Shown here in pieces: positions 42,926 through 52,590 of a stretch of 64,000 bases of DNA. Below the pieces are notes generated by a model, which was given only the letters and a program-made list of their open reading frames with translations, was not told the DNA's origin and made no database searches. Source of the stretch: an uncultured Desulfatitalea sp. (GTDB lineage Bacteria; Desulfobacterota; Desulfobacteria; Desulfobacterales; Desulfosarcinaceae); assembly GCA_963668675.2 (NCBI GenBank), contig CAXXMB010000002.1, forward strand, positions 2,208,001 through 2,272,000, given 5' to 3'. How positions within the stretch are numbered: the stretch's first letter is position 1; each line of letters starts with the position of its first letter. Made by a program: the position numbers and the translations under genes.

Positions 42926-44782
42926 TCATGCATTGCGATTGACGGTGGCCAGCTCATTTTCAATCTGCTTAAGCAGGCGATCCGACACCTCCTGCGCCGC
43001 CCGAACGGAAACGAGTACCTCGGCGGCAATGTGCTCTTCGAAGAGCGCTTGCACCGCAGTGAGTTTGTGCGACAGCCAGGTTTGGGCCACCGGGGCGAGC
43101 ATCTGCTCGAGCTGGCGTTGATCGGCCTTCTTCAGTCCCGCCGTGGCCGGAATGGCGATGAGGGCATAGAGGTCGTGAAGACCCAGCAATCCGGTCAGCT
43201 TGACCTTGATCCCCACCGCTCCGGCCGGATCGCCGGTGTGAAGGATATAGGTGATGGCAGCCGTGGCCGGGATCACATTGAGCAGGGCCGAAAAGGTTTG
43301 CCGGATCTGATCGAACACCCCCATGCGTTGTCTCAGGTCGCCGGCCAGCGCTTTCAAGTCCGCTTCAAGCCCGTGGGACCAGCTCAGAATCTCTCGCTTC
43401 TGATCCCGCAGGAGCGTCAGGGTCTTCTCCCAATCCTTCCGGCGGATCTGCTGTTGGGCCTCGCGCACCGCCGGAGGTGCTTCGAGCGGACCGTTACTGC
43501 CGTCGATGCGCTCGGCCACGGTGGTTTGATGCAGGACGTTGGCCGCCTGCAGCAAATCCAGCTCCAACCGGCCGGCCGGGTCCTCCTCTTTGGGTACGGC
43601 GTCGGGGCGCGATTTGGACCGAGCCCCCAAGGCAGAGAGCACCATCTTCAACGGCCACTCCACCACCTGCCCGGTGCGGCGCATCACTTTGATATGGGTC
43701 GGATCGGTCGTCAGCCAGATATCGGCGAAGCGGCGCATCACCCGGTCGGTGGGAAAGTGGGAGAGGGCCTGTTGTACACTGCTGGCCACGGCTCGGGTGA
43801 GGGCGTCATCGTACGCCTGCAGTTGATGATGGGCGTCGTCGAGCCGGTGGCTCATTTGCCGGGCCTGTTGCACGGCATCGTTCATCATCGATTGCAGCAG
43901 CGTCTGCCTTAATTGTACCGCATCGAGCGCATCCAGGGCCGATCGCAAATCCGCGCCGGCATCGCACGCCACGGCGCGTAACTGCATCGGCGCTTTGCCG
44001 GCGGCCACCAGGTTGTCGTCGTCGGCCCGGAAGATGCCCAGTACGCGTTCACTTTGATTAAGGCCATAGAGGTTGGTCGCCACCGTAGTGGCGTGTTCAC
44101 GCACTTCTGTGTCCGAGAAGCTCGGATAGACCCGGTAGACCAGGAAGCAGGGACGGGTGCCGATGCCGGTGAGCAGGCGGGCGATGAAATCGGTGTTGTC
44201 GCGATTGTTGTAAGTGGCGTTGGTGAAGATGTAGACAAAGGCGTCGGCGCTCTCCAGGCTCTGGCGGGCCGACTCCCGGTTGGCATAGGCGCCGCGGGCG
44301 CCGGTGTCGATGTCTGGCGTGTCGAGCAGCACCACGCTCTCGGAGAGGTGCGACTGCACGCAGTAGACCGGCTCGCCCGGCGTGGTCAGTTGCCGAGTGT
44401 CGTCGAGGGGGTGGAGCGGGCCGCCGAAGGTGTGCGCCAATGCATCGAAGAGTGCGGTGTGTTGCGCATGGCGTTCGTGTATGGCCGCCAGGACCCGGCG
44501 GTTCAGCCCAGCCCGTCCGCCGGTCGGTGAGATGTTGCCGCCGATCAGGCTGTTGAACAGCGTTGATTTGCCGGCCGATCCGCCGCCGCAGATGGCCACC
44601 ACCAGCGGAAAGTCGGGTTGCAGCTTGGGCAGCAGCTTGACATCCAGGGCGTGACACCATGGCTGCAACTGTTCGGACAGCTCCAGGTTCAACGCCTCTG
44701 CCGCTTCGGGCAGATAGCGGCGCAACGCCTGCAGTGCGGTGATGCGGTTTTGGGTGGTGGTCATCTGCTTACCGTTTTCCAT
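42926..44782 (-). CDS. Dynamin-like P-loop GTPase with degenerate G2/G4
   Basis: G1 GGGSAGKS, G3 DTPD; long helical C-terminus with hydrophobic hairpin. Confidence 0.75.
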   Translation of the reverse strand: MENGKQMTTTQNRITALQALRRYLPEAAEALNLELSEQLQPWCHALDVKLLPKLQPDFPLVVAICGGGSAGKSTLFNSLIGGNISPTGGRAGLNRRVLAAIHERHAQHTALFDALAHTFGGPLHPLDDTRQLTTPGEPVYCVQSHLSESVVLLDTPDIDTGARGAYANRESARQSLESADAFVYIFTNATYNNRDNTDFIARLLTGIGTRPCFLVYRVYPSFSDTEVREHATTVATNLYGLNQSERVLGIFRADDDNLVAAGKAPMQLRAVACDAGADLRSALDALDAVQLRQTLLQSMMNDAVQQARQMSHRLDDAHHQLQAYDDALTRAVASSVQQALSHFPTDRVMRRFADIWLTTDPTHIKVMRRTGQVVEWPLKMVLSALGARSKSRPDAVPKEEDPAGRLELDLLQAANVLHQTTVAERIDGSNGPLEAPPAVREAQQQIRRKDWEKTLTLLRDQKREILSWSHGLEADLKALAGDLRQRMGVFDQIRQTFSALLNVIPATAAITYILHTGDPAGAVGIKVKLTGLLGLHDLYALIAIPATAGLKKADQRQLEQMLAPVAQTWLSHKLTAVQALFEEHIAAEVLVSVRAAQEVSDRLLKQIENELATVNRNA

Positions 44783-44905
44783 GAGTTGTGCCCGTGATTG
44801 AACGGCCCTCGCTCCAAGTTGACAAACCCCGATGCCGAACTACGATATAAACAGTACAGCTTGTAATTTAAACCCTGAACCATAAACCATAAGGGGGCAA
44901 GTGGC

Positions 44906-45112
44906 ATGGCGTGGCAGACAATCCCAGGCCTCGACGGCAAGGTCTTCATGCCCGAGTGCCGGAGTGAAGGCAAAAAAAAGAATTCCTGCCCTGACTGCTT
45001 TGCCTGCCAGCAGTGCAGCGACGAACGCTGCCGGGTGTGCGCTGCCTGTGGGGCCTCCCCAACGGAGACGCCTCATTGTCCCTGTTCAAGCATAGAGGAG
45101 ATCGAGCAATGA
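44906..45112 (+). CDS. Small Cys-rich protein
   Basis: CPDCFACQQCSDERCRVCAAC; upstream TTGACA-N16-TACGAT (44819-46). Confidence 0.55.
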   Translation: MAWQTIPGLDGKVFMPECRSEGKKKNSCPDCFACQQCSDERCRVCAACGASPTETPHCPCSSIEEIEQ

Positions 45113-45303
45113 AACAAATCGACTGTCTGTTCGAGCGTCCGGCCAGCATCTTGGTGGCTTTGGTGCTCTTTTTCATGGCCTTGGGTTTGAGCGTCATCGG
45201 TATTACCATTTTACCTGTATTGGGTTTGATCCTGGCGGTTCCGGTCTTTTTTCTCTCCGGCGCATTTCTCTTTTCGCCCCAAAGCAAGGTGTGTTCACTG
45301 TAA
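45109..45303 (+). CDS. Small two-TM membrane protein
   Basis: RBS GAGGAG, ATGA overlap with upstream gene, two hydrophobic helices. Confidence 0.65.
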   Translation: MKQIDCLFERPASILVALVLFFMALGLSVIGITILPVLGLILAVPVFFLSGAFLFSPQSKVCSL

Positions 45304-45328
45304 CATGATGTTTGCGTTTTCCACACAC

Positions 45329-45360
45329 AAAGCCCGGTCGTGTCGGCCGGGTCTCTTTTT
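45329..45360. terminator. Intrinsic terminator
   Basis: GCCCGGTCG-TGT-CGGCCGGGT followed by T tract. Confidence 0.55.
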
Positions 45361-45375
45361 CAGCCTTTTCATTTT

Positions 45376-46356
45376 CTATTTCATGCGGTCCCAAAAAGCC
45401 CTTCCCCGATCCAATGGTGTGTTGGCCTGGCCCTGAGACAGAGGTGCCTTGGGGGGCGCCGGGGGAGCTTGCCGGCGGCCTCCACTGTTCGATCCGAATG
45501 CCGGCGGAGACGACGGGGCGCCGCGAAGGCGGCTCACCCGCTTTTCGATGGGTGGATGGGTGGAGAAGAGGCTCATCAGGCTACGTCCCGCCAGGGGGTT
45601 GACGATGAACATGTGCGCTGTGGAGGGGTTGGCCCGCATGGGTGCTTTGCGGTTGTAGGCGCCCAGCTTCTCCAGGGCATTGGCCAGCCCTCCGCTGTTG
45701 CCGGCCAGTTGGGAGCCGGTGCTGTCGGCCAGATACTCGCGCGAGCGCGAGATGGCCATCTGCACGACCATGGCGGCAATGGGGGCGATGATGGCCATGA
45801 CGATCATGCCCAATCCGCCCAGGCCGCCTTCATCGTTATCGCGGCGGCCGCCGCCGAAAATGGCGGCGAATCTTGCCATGCCGGCCAGCATCATGATGGC
45901 GCCGGCCATGGTGGCGGCAATCGAGCCGATGAGGATGTCGCGGTTCTTGACGTGGGCCATCTCATGGGCCAGCACGCCCATCACCTCGTCGCGGCTCATC
46001 AGTTTGAGCAGACCCTGGGTGACGGCCACCACGGCGTGTTCCGGATTGCGTCCGGTGGCAAAGGCGTTGGGCGTATCCTGGGGAATGACGTACACCTTTG
46101 GCATTGGCAAGCCGGCATTGCGGGCCAGCGTCGCCACCATGTCGTAGATCTCGGGGGCCTGCTGGGGTGTCGCCTCCTGCGCCCGGTACATGCGCAGAAC
46201 GATCTTGTCCGAATACCAGTAACTGAAAAAGTTCATCCCGGCGGCCAATATCAAGGCGATAATCATGCCCTGGTGGCCGCCGATCAGTTGGCCGACCAGC
46301 ATGATGAGAACAGTCATTACGGCCAGTAAAAAGGCGGTACGCAGTTGGTTGCCCAT
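45376..46356 (-). CDS. htpX: Zinc metalloprotease HtpX
   Basis: [28 protein letters not shown]. Confidence 0.95.
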   Translation of the reverse strand: MGNQLRTAFLLAVMTVLIMLVGQLIGGHQGMIIALILAAGMNFFSYWYSDKIVLRMYRAQEATPQQAPEIYDMVATLARNAGLPMPKVYVIPQDTPNAFATGRNPEHAVVAVTQGLLKLMSRDEVMGVLAHEMAHVKNRDILIGSIAATMAGAIMMLAGMARFAAIFGGGRRDNDEGGLGGLGMIVMAIIAPIAAMVVQMAISRSREYLADSTGSQLAGNSGGLANALEKLGAYNRKAPMRANPSTAHMFIVNPLAGRSLMSLFSTHPPIEKRVSRLRGAPSSPPAFGSNSGGRRQAPPAPPKAPLSQGQANTPLDRGRAFWDRMK

Positions 46357-46710
46357 GGTCGGGTTGCTCCTTGGTTATTGGATTTGGCGCTGGCCTCCGA
46401 TCCGGTTTGCGTTTTCCTGAGAGGTTCCGAAACGCCCAGGTGGCCAGACGAACGCCCCAAATATAGGAATTATGCAACCGGTTGCAAGCGCCATGGAAGA
46501 TCTGCGTTCACATCCACCGATTCTTGCTTGCAAAGTGACCCTTTTTTTGTTGAATATGACCTCTCTCCTGACGGATGTCGTGTGTCGGATCGCACCCCGC
46601 CAAAGCACTGGACGGCCGCGCACCATTTCGCTTGGCGTCACGGGGGAGCCAACTGGCCGCAACGTGAGGTTGCGCAGAGCCATAACCATTTAATAATCAG
46701 GGATATCCGT

Positions 46711-48174
46711 ATGGCCGACGACCATTCCAACAACGACACACCAGACAATGACGAAGCGTCGGAAGAGAGCTTTGCCGAGATGTTCGAAGCTTACAGCGCC
46801 GGTATGAAGGAGGATCTGCGGGTGGGCGACAAAGTCCACGGCCGCATTATCTCCATCACCAGCAGTGCCGTTTTTGTGGACACGGGCACCAAAACCGACG
46901 GGGTTGTGGAGATCGAGGACCTCAAGGACGAAGAGGGGAACCTGCCATACGAGGTGGGTGACGAACTCGACCTTTTCGTGGTCGCTGCCAACGAGAGCGA
47001 GATCCGTCTCTCCCGTGCCCTTGCCGGCGCAGGAGGCCTGGAAATGCTCAAGGACGCCCATGCCGGGGCCATTCCGGTTGAGGGCAAGGTGGTGCAGACC
47101 ATCAAGGGCGGATTTCAGGTGGAGGTGCTCAAGCGGCGGGCCTTCTGCCCGATCAGCCAGATCGACACCCAGTATGTGGAAGACGGCGCAAAGTACGTGG
47201 GCCAGAGCTTTCAGTTCATGATCAAGCAGCTCAGTGAGAACGGGCGCAACATCGTGGTCTCCCGTCGCCAGTTGCTCGAAGCCGAGCAGAGAAAGGCCCA
47301 TGAGGCTTTTTTAAAGGATCTGGAGGAGGGGCAGACCTACGACGGCCGCGTCACGCGCCTGATGCCCTATGGCGCCTTTGTGGAGCTGACCCCGGGGCTG
47401 GAGGGGATGGTGCACATCTCCGAACTGAGCTGGTCCCGCGTGGAGAAACCCGAGGATGCCGTCAAACCGGACCAGGCCATATCAGTCAAAGTCCTGCGCG
47501 TCGAACCGGGAAAGCGCGGCCCCAAAATCGCCCTCTCGGTCAAGCAGATCGAGGGCGATCCCTGGGATCGGTTGCCCGAAAGCATCCAGGCCGGAGAGAA
47601 GATCATTGGCAAGGTGACCCGCTGCGCCGATTTTGGCGCCTTTGTAGAGATCGTTCCCGGCATCGAAGGGTTGGTGCACATCAGTGAGATGAGCTACACC
47701 CAACGGGTGCACAAGGCTCAGGATGTGGTTACGCCCGGACAGGCCGTATCGGTGGTCATCAAAGAGGTGGATACGAATAAGCGCCGCATCGGATTGAGCA
47801 TCCGCGACGCCGAGGGCGATCCCTGGCTGGAAATCGATCAGAAACTGACCAAAGGCCAGCCGGTCAAAGGCAATGTGGAGAATATCGCTGCATTCGGTAT
47901 ATTTGTGCGCCTCGTCCCCGGTATTGTCGGGTTGCTGCCCAAATCGGCCATCGGCCGCTCGGCCAACGCCGCTCAAATCGACAGGCTCAAGCAGGGCGAT
48001 GAGATCTCCGTGATTGTCGATGAGATCAACAAGGCCGACCGGCGGATTTCACTGAAACCCCATGATGCCGGAGACGAGGGCGAGTGGAAACAGTTCAAAG
48101 GGGAGTCGGAAAATGCGTCCCTGGGCGCACTGGGTGAAAAGCTGGCCCAGGCGTTGAAGAAAAACGACAAATAG
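46711..48174 (+). CDS. rpsA: 30S ribosomal protein S1-like protein (short form)
   Basis: Repeated S1 motifs (YGAFVEL..GLEGMVHISE; FGAFVEI..GIEGLVHISE). Confidence 0.85.
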   Translation: MADDHSNNDTPDNDEASEESFAEMFEAYSAGMKEDLRVGDKVHGRIISITSSAVFVDTGTKTDGVVEIEDLKDEEGNLPYEVGDELDLFVVAANESEIRLSRALAGAGGLEMLKDAHAGAIPVEGKVVQTIKGGFQVEVLKRRAFCPISQIDTQYVEDGAKYVGQSFQFMIKQLSENGRNIVVSRRQLLEAEQRKAHEAFLKDLEEGQTYDGRVTRLMPYGAFVELTPGLEGMVHISELSWSRVEKPEDAVKPDQAISVKVLRVEPGKRGPKIALSVKQIEGDPWDRLPESIQAGEKIIGKVTRCADFGAFVEIVPGIEGLVHISEMSYTQRVHKAQDVVTPGQAVSVVIKEVDTNKRRIGLSIRDAEGDPWLEIDQKLTKGQPVKGNVENIAAFGIFVRLVPGIVGLLPKSAIGRSANAAQIDRLKQGDEISVIVDEINKADRRISLKPHDAGDEGEWKQFKGESENASLGALGEKLAQALKKNDK

Positions 48175-48219
48175 ACTTGATTCAAAAGGGTTACGCCATC
48201 AGGATACGGAGGGTAGCAG

Positions 48220-49200
48220 ATGTCCCAAGATGAAATGTACGATGTCGCCATCGTCGGCGGCGGCCCCGGCGGTCTGTCGGCGGCCATCTATGCCATGCGC
48301 GGTGCACTGAAAACCGTGCTGATTGAAAAAACCACCCCCGGCGGTCAGGTCAATCTCTCCGACGAAGTCGAGAACTATCCGGGGTTTATCCATGTCAGCG
48401 GCGCTGAGCTGGCCATGCAATTTGCCGAACACGCCCGCTCTTATGGGCTCGAAGAGATCAATGACGAGGTCGTTGCCGTAGCGCCCGGTATGGAGCATCA
48501 CCGGGTTCGCCTGGCCGGCGGACGCGAGATACATGCCCATGCCGTTATCCTGGCCACCGGCGGCAGCCCGCGCAAACTCGACGTGCCCGGTGAAGACGAA
48601 CTCTACGGCAAAGGGGTTTCATACTGCGCGGTGTGCGACGGTTTCTTTTTCAGGGGCAAGAAGGTGATCGTGGTGGGCGGCGGCGATAGCGCTTGCGAAG
48701 AGGGGCTCTATCTTGCCAAGCTGGCCGAACAGGTCTACCTGGTCCATCGTCGCGACGCACTGCGGGCCAGCATGATTCTCCAGGAGCGTGTCAAGGCCGA
48801 ATGCAAGATGGAGGTGCTCTGGAACTCGGTGGTGACCGAAATCAATGCCGATGAGGATGGCGTCAACGGGGTTCAGTTGAAGGACACCCAAACCGGTGAC
48901 CTGCGCGATATGCCCATCGACGGCGTCTTTGTCTTTGTCGGTTTCGTGCCCAACAACGCGATCGTGCCGGCCGGTGTTCGCATGAGCGCCGGCGGATTCG
49001 TGATCACCGACGAGCAATGCGCCACCAGTATCCCCGGGATCTATGCCATCGGCGACTTGAAAGAGAAATACGCCCGTCAGATCGTCCTGTCCGCTGCCGA
49101 CGGTTGTATGGCGGCCCTGTCGGCCGCCCACTATGTGGAGACGCGCAAGGCCAAAGCCGCCGACGCGGCATGCGAACTGCCGGCCGGGATGTTGGACTGA
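48220..49200 (+). CDS. trxB: Thioredoxin-disulfide reductase
   Basis: GGGPGG, GVSYCAVCDG, GGGDSA, HRRD. Confidence 0.95.
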   Translation: MSQDEMYDVAIVGGGPGGLSAAIYAMRGALKTVLIEKTTPGGQVNLSDEVENYPGFIHVSGAELAMQFAEHARSYGLEEINDEVVAVAPGMEHHRVRLAGGREIHAHAVILATGGSPRKLDVPGEDELYGKGVSYCAVCDGFFFRGKKVIVVGGGDSACEEGLYLAKLAEQVYLVHRRDALRASMILQERVKAECKMEVLWNSVVTEINADEDGVNGVQLKDTQTGDLRDMPIDGVFVFVGFVPNNAIVPAGVRMSAGGFVITDEQCATSIPGIYAIGDLKEKYARQIVLSAADGCMAALSAAHYVETRKAKAADAACELPAGMLD

Positions 49201-49321
49201 AGGTGCATAGACGAAGGGAGGACATTGTGCTCAGCGCTTCCTTGCGAAACCCGGTTGCATTACTAATTTGATATGGCTATATTGGTAATGTTTAACACCG
49301 CAGTTGGCAGGGAGGTTCTCC

Positions 49322-49966
49322 ATGGCTGAACACGACAATCCGACCTTCGATGACGATTCGACCCATTCCGCTTCGACATTCTCCAGTTTACGCGGCCGTC
49401 AGTCCGTGCGGGCCACGTTCAAGCTGACCGACAGCTGCATCGAGGCCATCAGCATCGTTGCAGCCCAACTCGGCATCAAACAGAAGTCGCTGTTCGACCA
49501 TCTCTTCAGTGACACCAACACTCTGAGCAGCATTGCACGCAAGTTTCGCAACGCACGGCTCGAGGCCTCCTCCCATCGCATCCAGAAAACCTACGTTCTC
49601 AGCCGGGGCGCCCTGGTGAGCCTGGAGGACATCGCCAAGAGTTTCAATGCACCGAGAGACGCACTCATCGAGCTGTCGGTTCAGCGGCTGCTGCCGATTA
49701 TCGACCGTGAGCGGCGGCGCCATGCCACCCGCAAAGCGGTTTTCGGAAAAATTAAGAAGCACTTGGCCGAGGGGCGTCGGTTGCTCGAGGAGGCGTTTGC
49801 CGAGCTGGGTGAAGAGGACCCGATCACCGACCGCATGGGCGCTGCCATGGGGGTATATGAGAGTGCATACCGGCACATGGCGGCGTTTCTCGAAAAGAGC
49901 GAGAGCATCGAGCGTTTCGAGCCGGCCGGTTTCAACAAAGTGGAGATCGTCTTTGAAGACGATTAG
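49322..49966 (+). CDS. Hypothetical protein, possible tandem ribbon-helix-helix DNA-binding domains
   Basis: RATFKLTDSCIEAISIVAAQLGIKQKSLF and QKTYVLSRGALVSLEDIAKSFNAPRDALIE; RBS GGAGG. Confidence 0.6.
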   Translation: MAEHDNPTFDDDSTHSASTFSSLRGRQSVRATFKLTDSCIEAISIVAAQLGIKQKSLFDHLFSDTNTLSSIARKFRNARLEASSHRIQKTYVLSRGALVSLEDIAKSFNAPRDALIELSVQRLLPIIDRERRRHATRKAVFGKIKKHLAEGRRLLEEAFAELGEEDPITDRMGAAMGVYESAYRHMAAFLEKSESIERFEPAGFNKVEIVFEDD

Positions 49967-50004
49967 CGGCGTTGTCTCTGCGGAAGAGATCTATAGACGG
50001 ATGG

Positions 50005-50421
50005 CTATCGACCGCTTTCGTTCTCCAGATCGATCTCCAGGGGGACCACATGCAGCTGCCGTGAAACCTCCCTGGTCCTTCCCAGGGTCCAGCCTGCGCA
50101 CCTTCCGTTCCCTTCCATATGCAGAGCGATCTGATCGACAACCCCCTGGATGTCAATGACGGGATGGCGGGAAAAAACCGTCGGCAATCCATAGGTCAAA
50201 CTGCAGACCAGGCACTTGCCCGGCCGCTGATGCAGCTCGATGTCGAAGGTGAGCCGGTTCTCCTGCATGCCTTTATAGGCCAGACGAATATCGTAAGCGC
50301 CCTCGTCGGCATCCCCTAAAAGCGCATCGAAAAATTGATCGGCACGCTCGGGAGGGAACATCCTGCTCAGCGTCTCCGGGTCGAAAAGGGCGTCGAAGGG
50401 TCTATTTTTATCGTTGTTCAT
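50005..50421 (-). CDS. Conserved hypothetical protein with CxxC
   Basis: ELHQRPGKCLVCSLTYGLP; plausible composition. Confidence 0.65.
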   Translation of the reverse strand: MNNDKNRPFDALFDPETLSRMFPPERADQFFDALLGDADEGAYDIRLAYKGMQENRLTFDIELHQRPGKCLVCSLTYGLPTVFSRHPVIDIQGVVDQIALHMEGNGRCAGWTLGRTREVSRQLHVVPLEIDLENESGR

Positions 50422-50512
50422 GTATCGTCCACATCTTAGGGTTATGGCTTGGCCAGGCCCTCCTATTACGCGAAGTGAAACCGGAAAGTCAAACCGGGCT
50501 TCCGGCGTGACC

Positions 50513-51721
50513 CTATTCGATCAGACAGACCATCCCTTTCAGGTAGTCGCCCTCGGGAAAATTGAGGGCCACCGGATGATCGGCCGCCTGGTGCAGGTGC
50601 TGAATCAGCCGAGCGCTCCGGCCGGCGTCCACGGCCGCGTCGGCCACGATTTTCTGGAACAGGGGGGCGGTGACCAGCCCCGAACAGGAGAAGGTGGCCA
50701 GGATGCCGCCCGGGCGCAACAGTTTCATGGCCAACAGGTTGATGTCCTTGTATCCCCTGCAGCCACGGTTCATCTGACCCATGGAGGCCACAAACTTGGG
50801 CGGGTCAAGCACGATCAGATCGAAAGAGCGCTGCCGGTCCCGGAATTCGCGCAGTTTTTCGAACACATTTGCGGCGACGTATTCGATGGGAGCCGTCTCC
50901 AATCCGTTCAGCAAGGCCGTTTGGCGGGCAAGATCCAGAATGTCGGGGGATGCGTCGATGTGGGTCACCGCCTTGGCCCCCGATTGCATGGCACGCAGTC
51001 CGAAGCCGCCGAGGTGGCTGAAGCAGTCGAGCATCTCGGCCCCGGTCGCCAACCGGGCCACCACCGCCTGGTTTTCGCGCTGATCCAGATAGAGGCCGGT
51101 TTTGTGCCCCCCGGCCACATCGGCCCACATGCGCACCCTCCCCATGGAGACCTCGATGCGGTCGGGCGGCGCCTGGCCCCACAACAACCCGGCTTGTTTC
51201 GCCAGTCCCTCCTTGGCGCGCACATCAACGTCCGAGCGTTCATAGATACCTTTGATCCCAGGGAGGCGTCCCAGCTCCTCGACAATGGTCTCGCGCCACC
51301 GTTCGACACCGGCGGTGAGGAACTGGCAGACCAGAAAATCGCCATAGCGGTCCACGATCAGCCCGGGCACGCCATCCGATTCGGCGTTGATCACTCGTTT
51401 CGCCGTACAGGGGGTGGGCAAGTGCATCCTGGGGCGCAGGGCCGCGGCCGATACGATCCGCCGCCGGAAAAAGGCCGTATCGATGGCCTCCTCTTCCTTT
51501 TGGGACCAGACCCGGACGCGAATCTGGGAGTGGGGCGAGTAGGCGCCCCAGGCGAGCCAGCGCCCCTGGGGTGTGCAGAGTTGAACGGTATCGCCCGCTG
51601 CAATCCCCGAATCGTGCCGGCGCACGGCACCGGAAAAGATCCAGGGGTGCCGCCGGGCAAGGGATTTTTCAGCTTTGGGAGAGACAACCACCCTCGGCAC
51701 GTTGACGCGGTTTGCAGCCAT
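50513..51721 (-). CDS. rlmI: PUA-domain SAM-dependent rRNA m5C methyltransferase (RlmI-like)
   Basis: RHPWIFSG, ESDGVPGLIVDRY, GHKTGLYLDQREN, LDPPKF, TFSCS. Confidence 0.88.
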   Translation of the reverse strand: MAANRVNVPRVVVSPKAEKSLARRHPWIFSGAVRRHDSGIAAGDTVQLCTPQGRWLAWGAYSPHSQIRVRVWSQKEEEAIDTAFFRRRIVSAAALRPRMHLPTPCTAKRVINAESDGVPGLIVDRYGDFLVCQFLTAGVERWRETIVEELGRLPGIKGIYERSDVDVRAKEGLAKQAGLLWGQAPPDRIEVSMGRVRMWADVAGGHKTGLYLDQRENQAVVARLATGAEMLDCFSHLGGFGLRAMQSGAKAVTHIDASPDILDLARQTALLNGLETAPIEYVAANVFEKLREFRDRQRSFDLIVLDPPKFVASMGQMNRGCRGYKDINLLAMKLLRPGGILATFSCSGLVTAPLFQKIVADAAVDAGRSARLIQHLHQAADHPVALNFPEGDYLKGMVCLIE

Positions 51722-51745
51722 GACACCTCCATTCTTAGAAAGTAG

Positions 51746-52468
51746 TTATCGACGGCTTATATCAAATCCGGGGCATCCGGTCATCACTGCATGTTTGCGG
51801 CTGACCGGGTAGTTGCTGCAGATGTGGGGTTTGACATCATGGATGCTGCAGATCCAGCGATCCCGGGAGGAGCCCCTTTTCAGGAAGGGGCAGGGGTGGG
51901 CAAACCGATTGGTACCGGGGATGACCCAGATACGGTAGACGATATCGCCCTGCGCGGTTCGCACGGGGCGCACCCACTCGAGGATATCCATGCGCCCCAA
52001 CGCCTCCAGACGCGCCACATCTTCTGCGGTGATGCCGTTGCGGTAGTCCAGTTGACGGCAGCACTGACCGCACTGCCGGCATTCGAAGGCGCTCATATCG
52101 GTATGCACCCGAATGCGCCACTGGCCGGTGCCGGGGGATTTGGCTGCCTGGCAGGAGGCCTGGAAGACCTGACGGCATATGGTTGCCATGGTCTCCGGAT
52201 CGATCCGGTTGCGAAGATCTGCTTCGGTGATCAGGCGGCACATGCGTTCAACGAGGTCATTGCCCTCAAGCCAGCGCATCGGTCCGCCGCGGGTGTCGGA
52301 AATCCACAGCCCTTCCCGCTCCGGATCCCGTTTGTAGGAAATCTCCGAACCGAAGAGGGTGCGCAGCACCTCGCAGAACAGCATGGGTTGGGGACCGTAG
52401 CCGCGAAAATCGAGGCAGATGGCGGTGACCGCCTGGGGCATTGTGAGGAAAAGGTGCTCTTGTTCCAT
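51746..52468 (-). CDS. YkgJ-family cysteine-cluster protein
   Basis: FECRQCGQCC...CPFL...CSIHDVKPHICSNYP. Confidence 0.8.
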   Translation of the reverse strand: MEQEHLFLTMPQAVTAICLDFRGYGPQPMLFCEVLRTLFGSEISYKRDPEREGLWISDTRGGPMRWLEGNDLVERMCRLITEADLRNRIDPETMATICRQVFQASCQAAKSPGTGQWRIRVHTDMSAFECRQCGQCCRQLDYRNGITAEDVARLEALGRMDILEWVRPVRTAQGDIVYRIWVIPGTNRFAHPCPFLKRGSSRDRWICSIHDVKPHICSNYPVSRKHAVMTGCPGFDISRR

Positions 52469-52590
52469 GGGGCCCTGCCGTGTTGGGATCCACTATTCTC
52501 TGTTGCTTTTTCATACAAAAGACCAAACTATCAGAGACAACGCTGCAAGGAGAGACAACAACAGGTTTCAAGTTTTTCCCATAGGAGCCG

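Noticed and set aside
46345..46710. 122-aa N-terminal extension of S1
   Set aside because: It overlaps the htpX start and divergent promoter region; the S1-like acidic N-terminus begins at ATG 46711.
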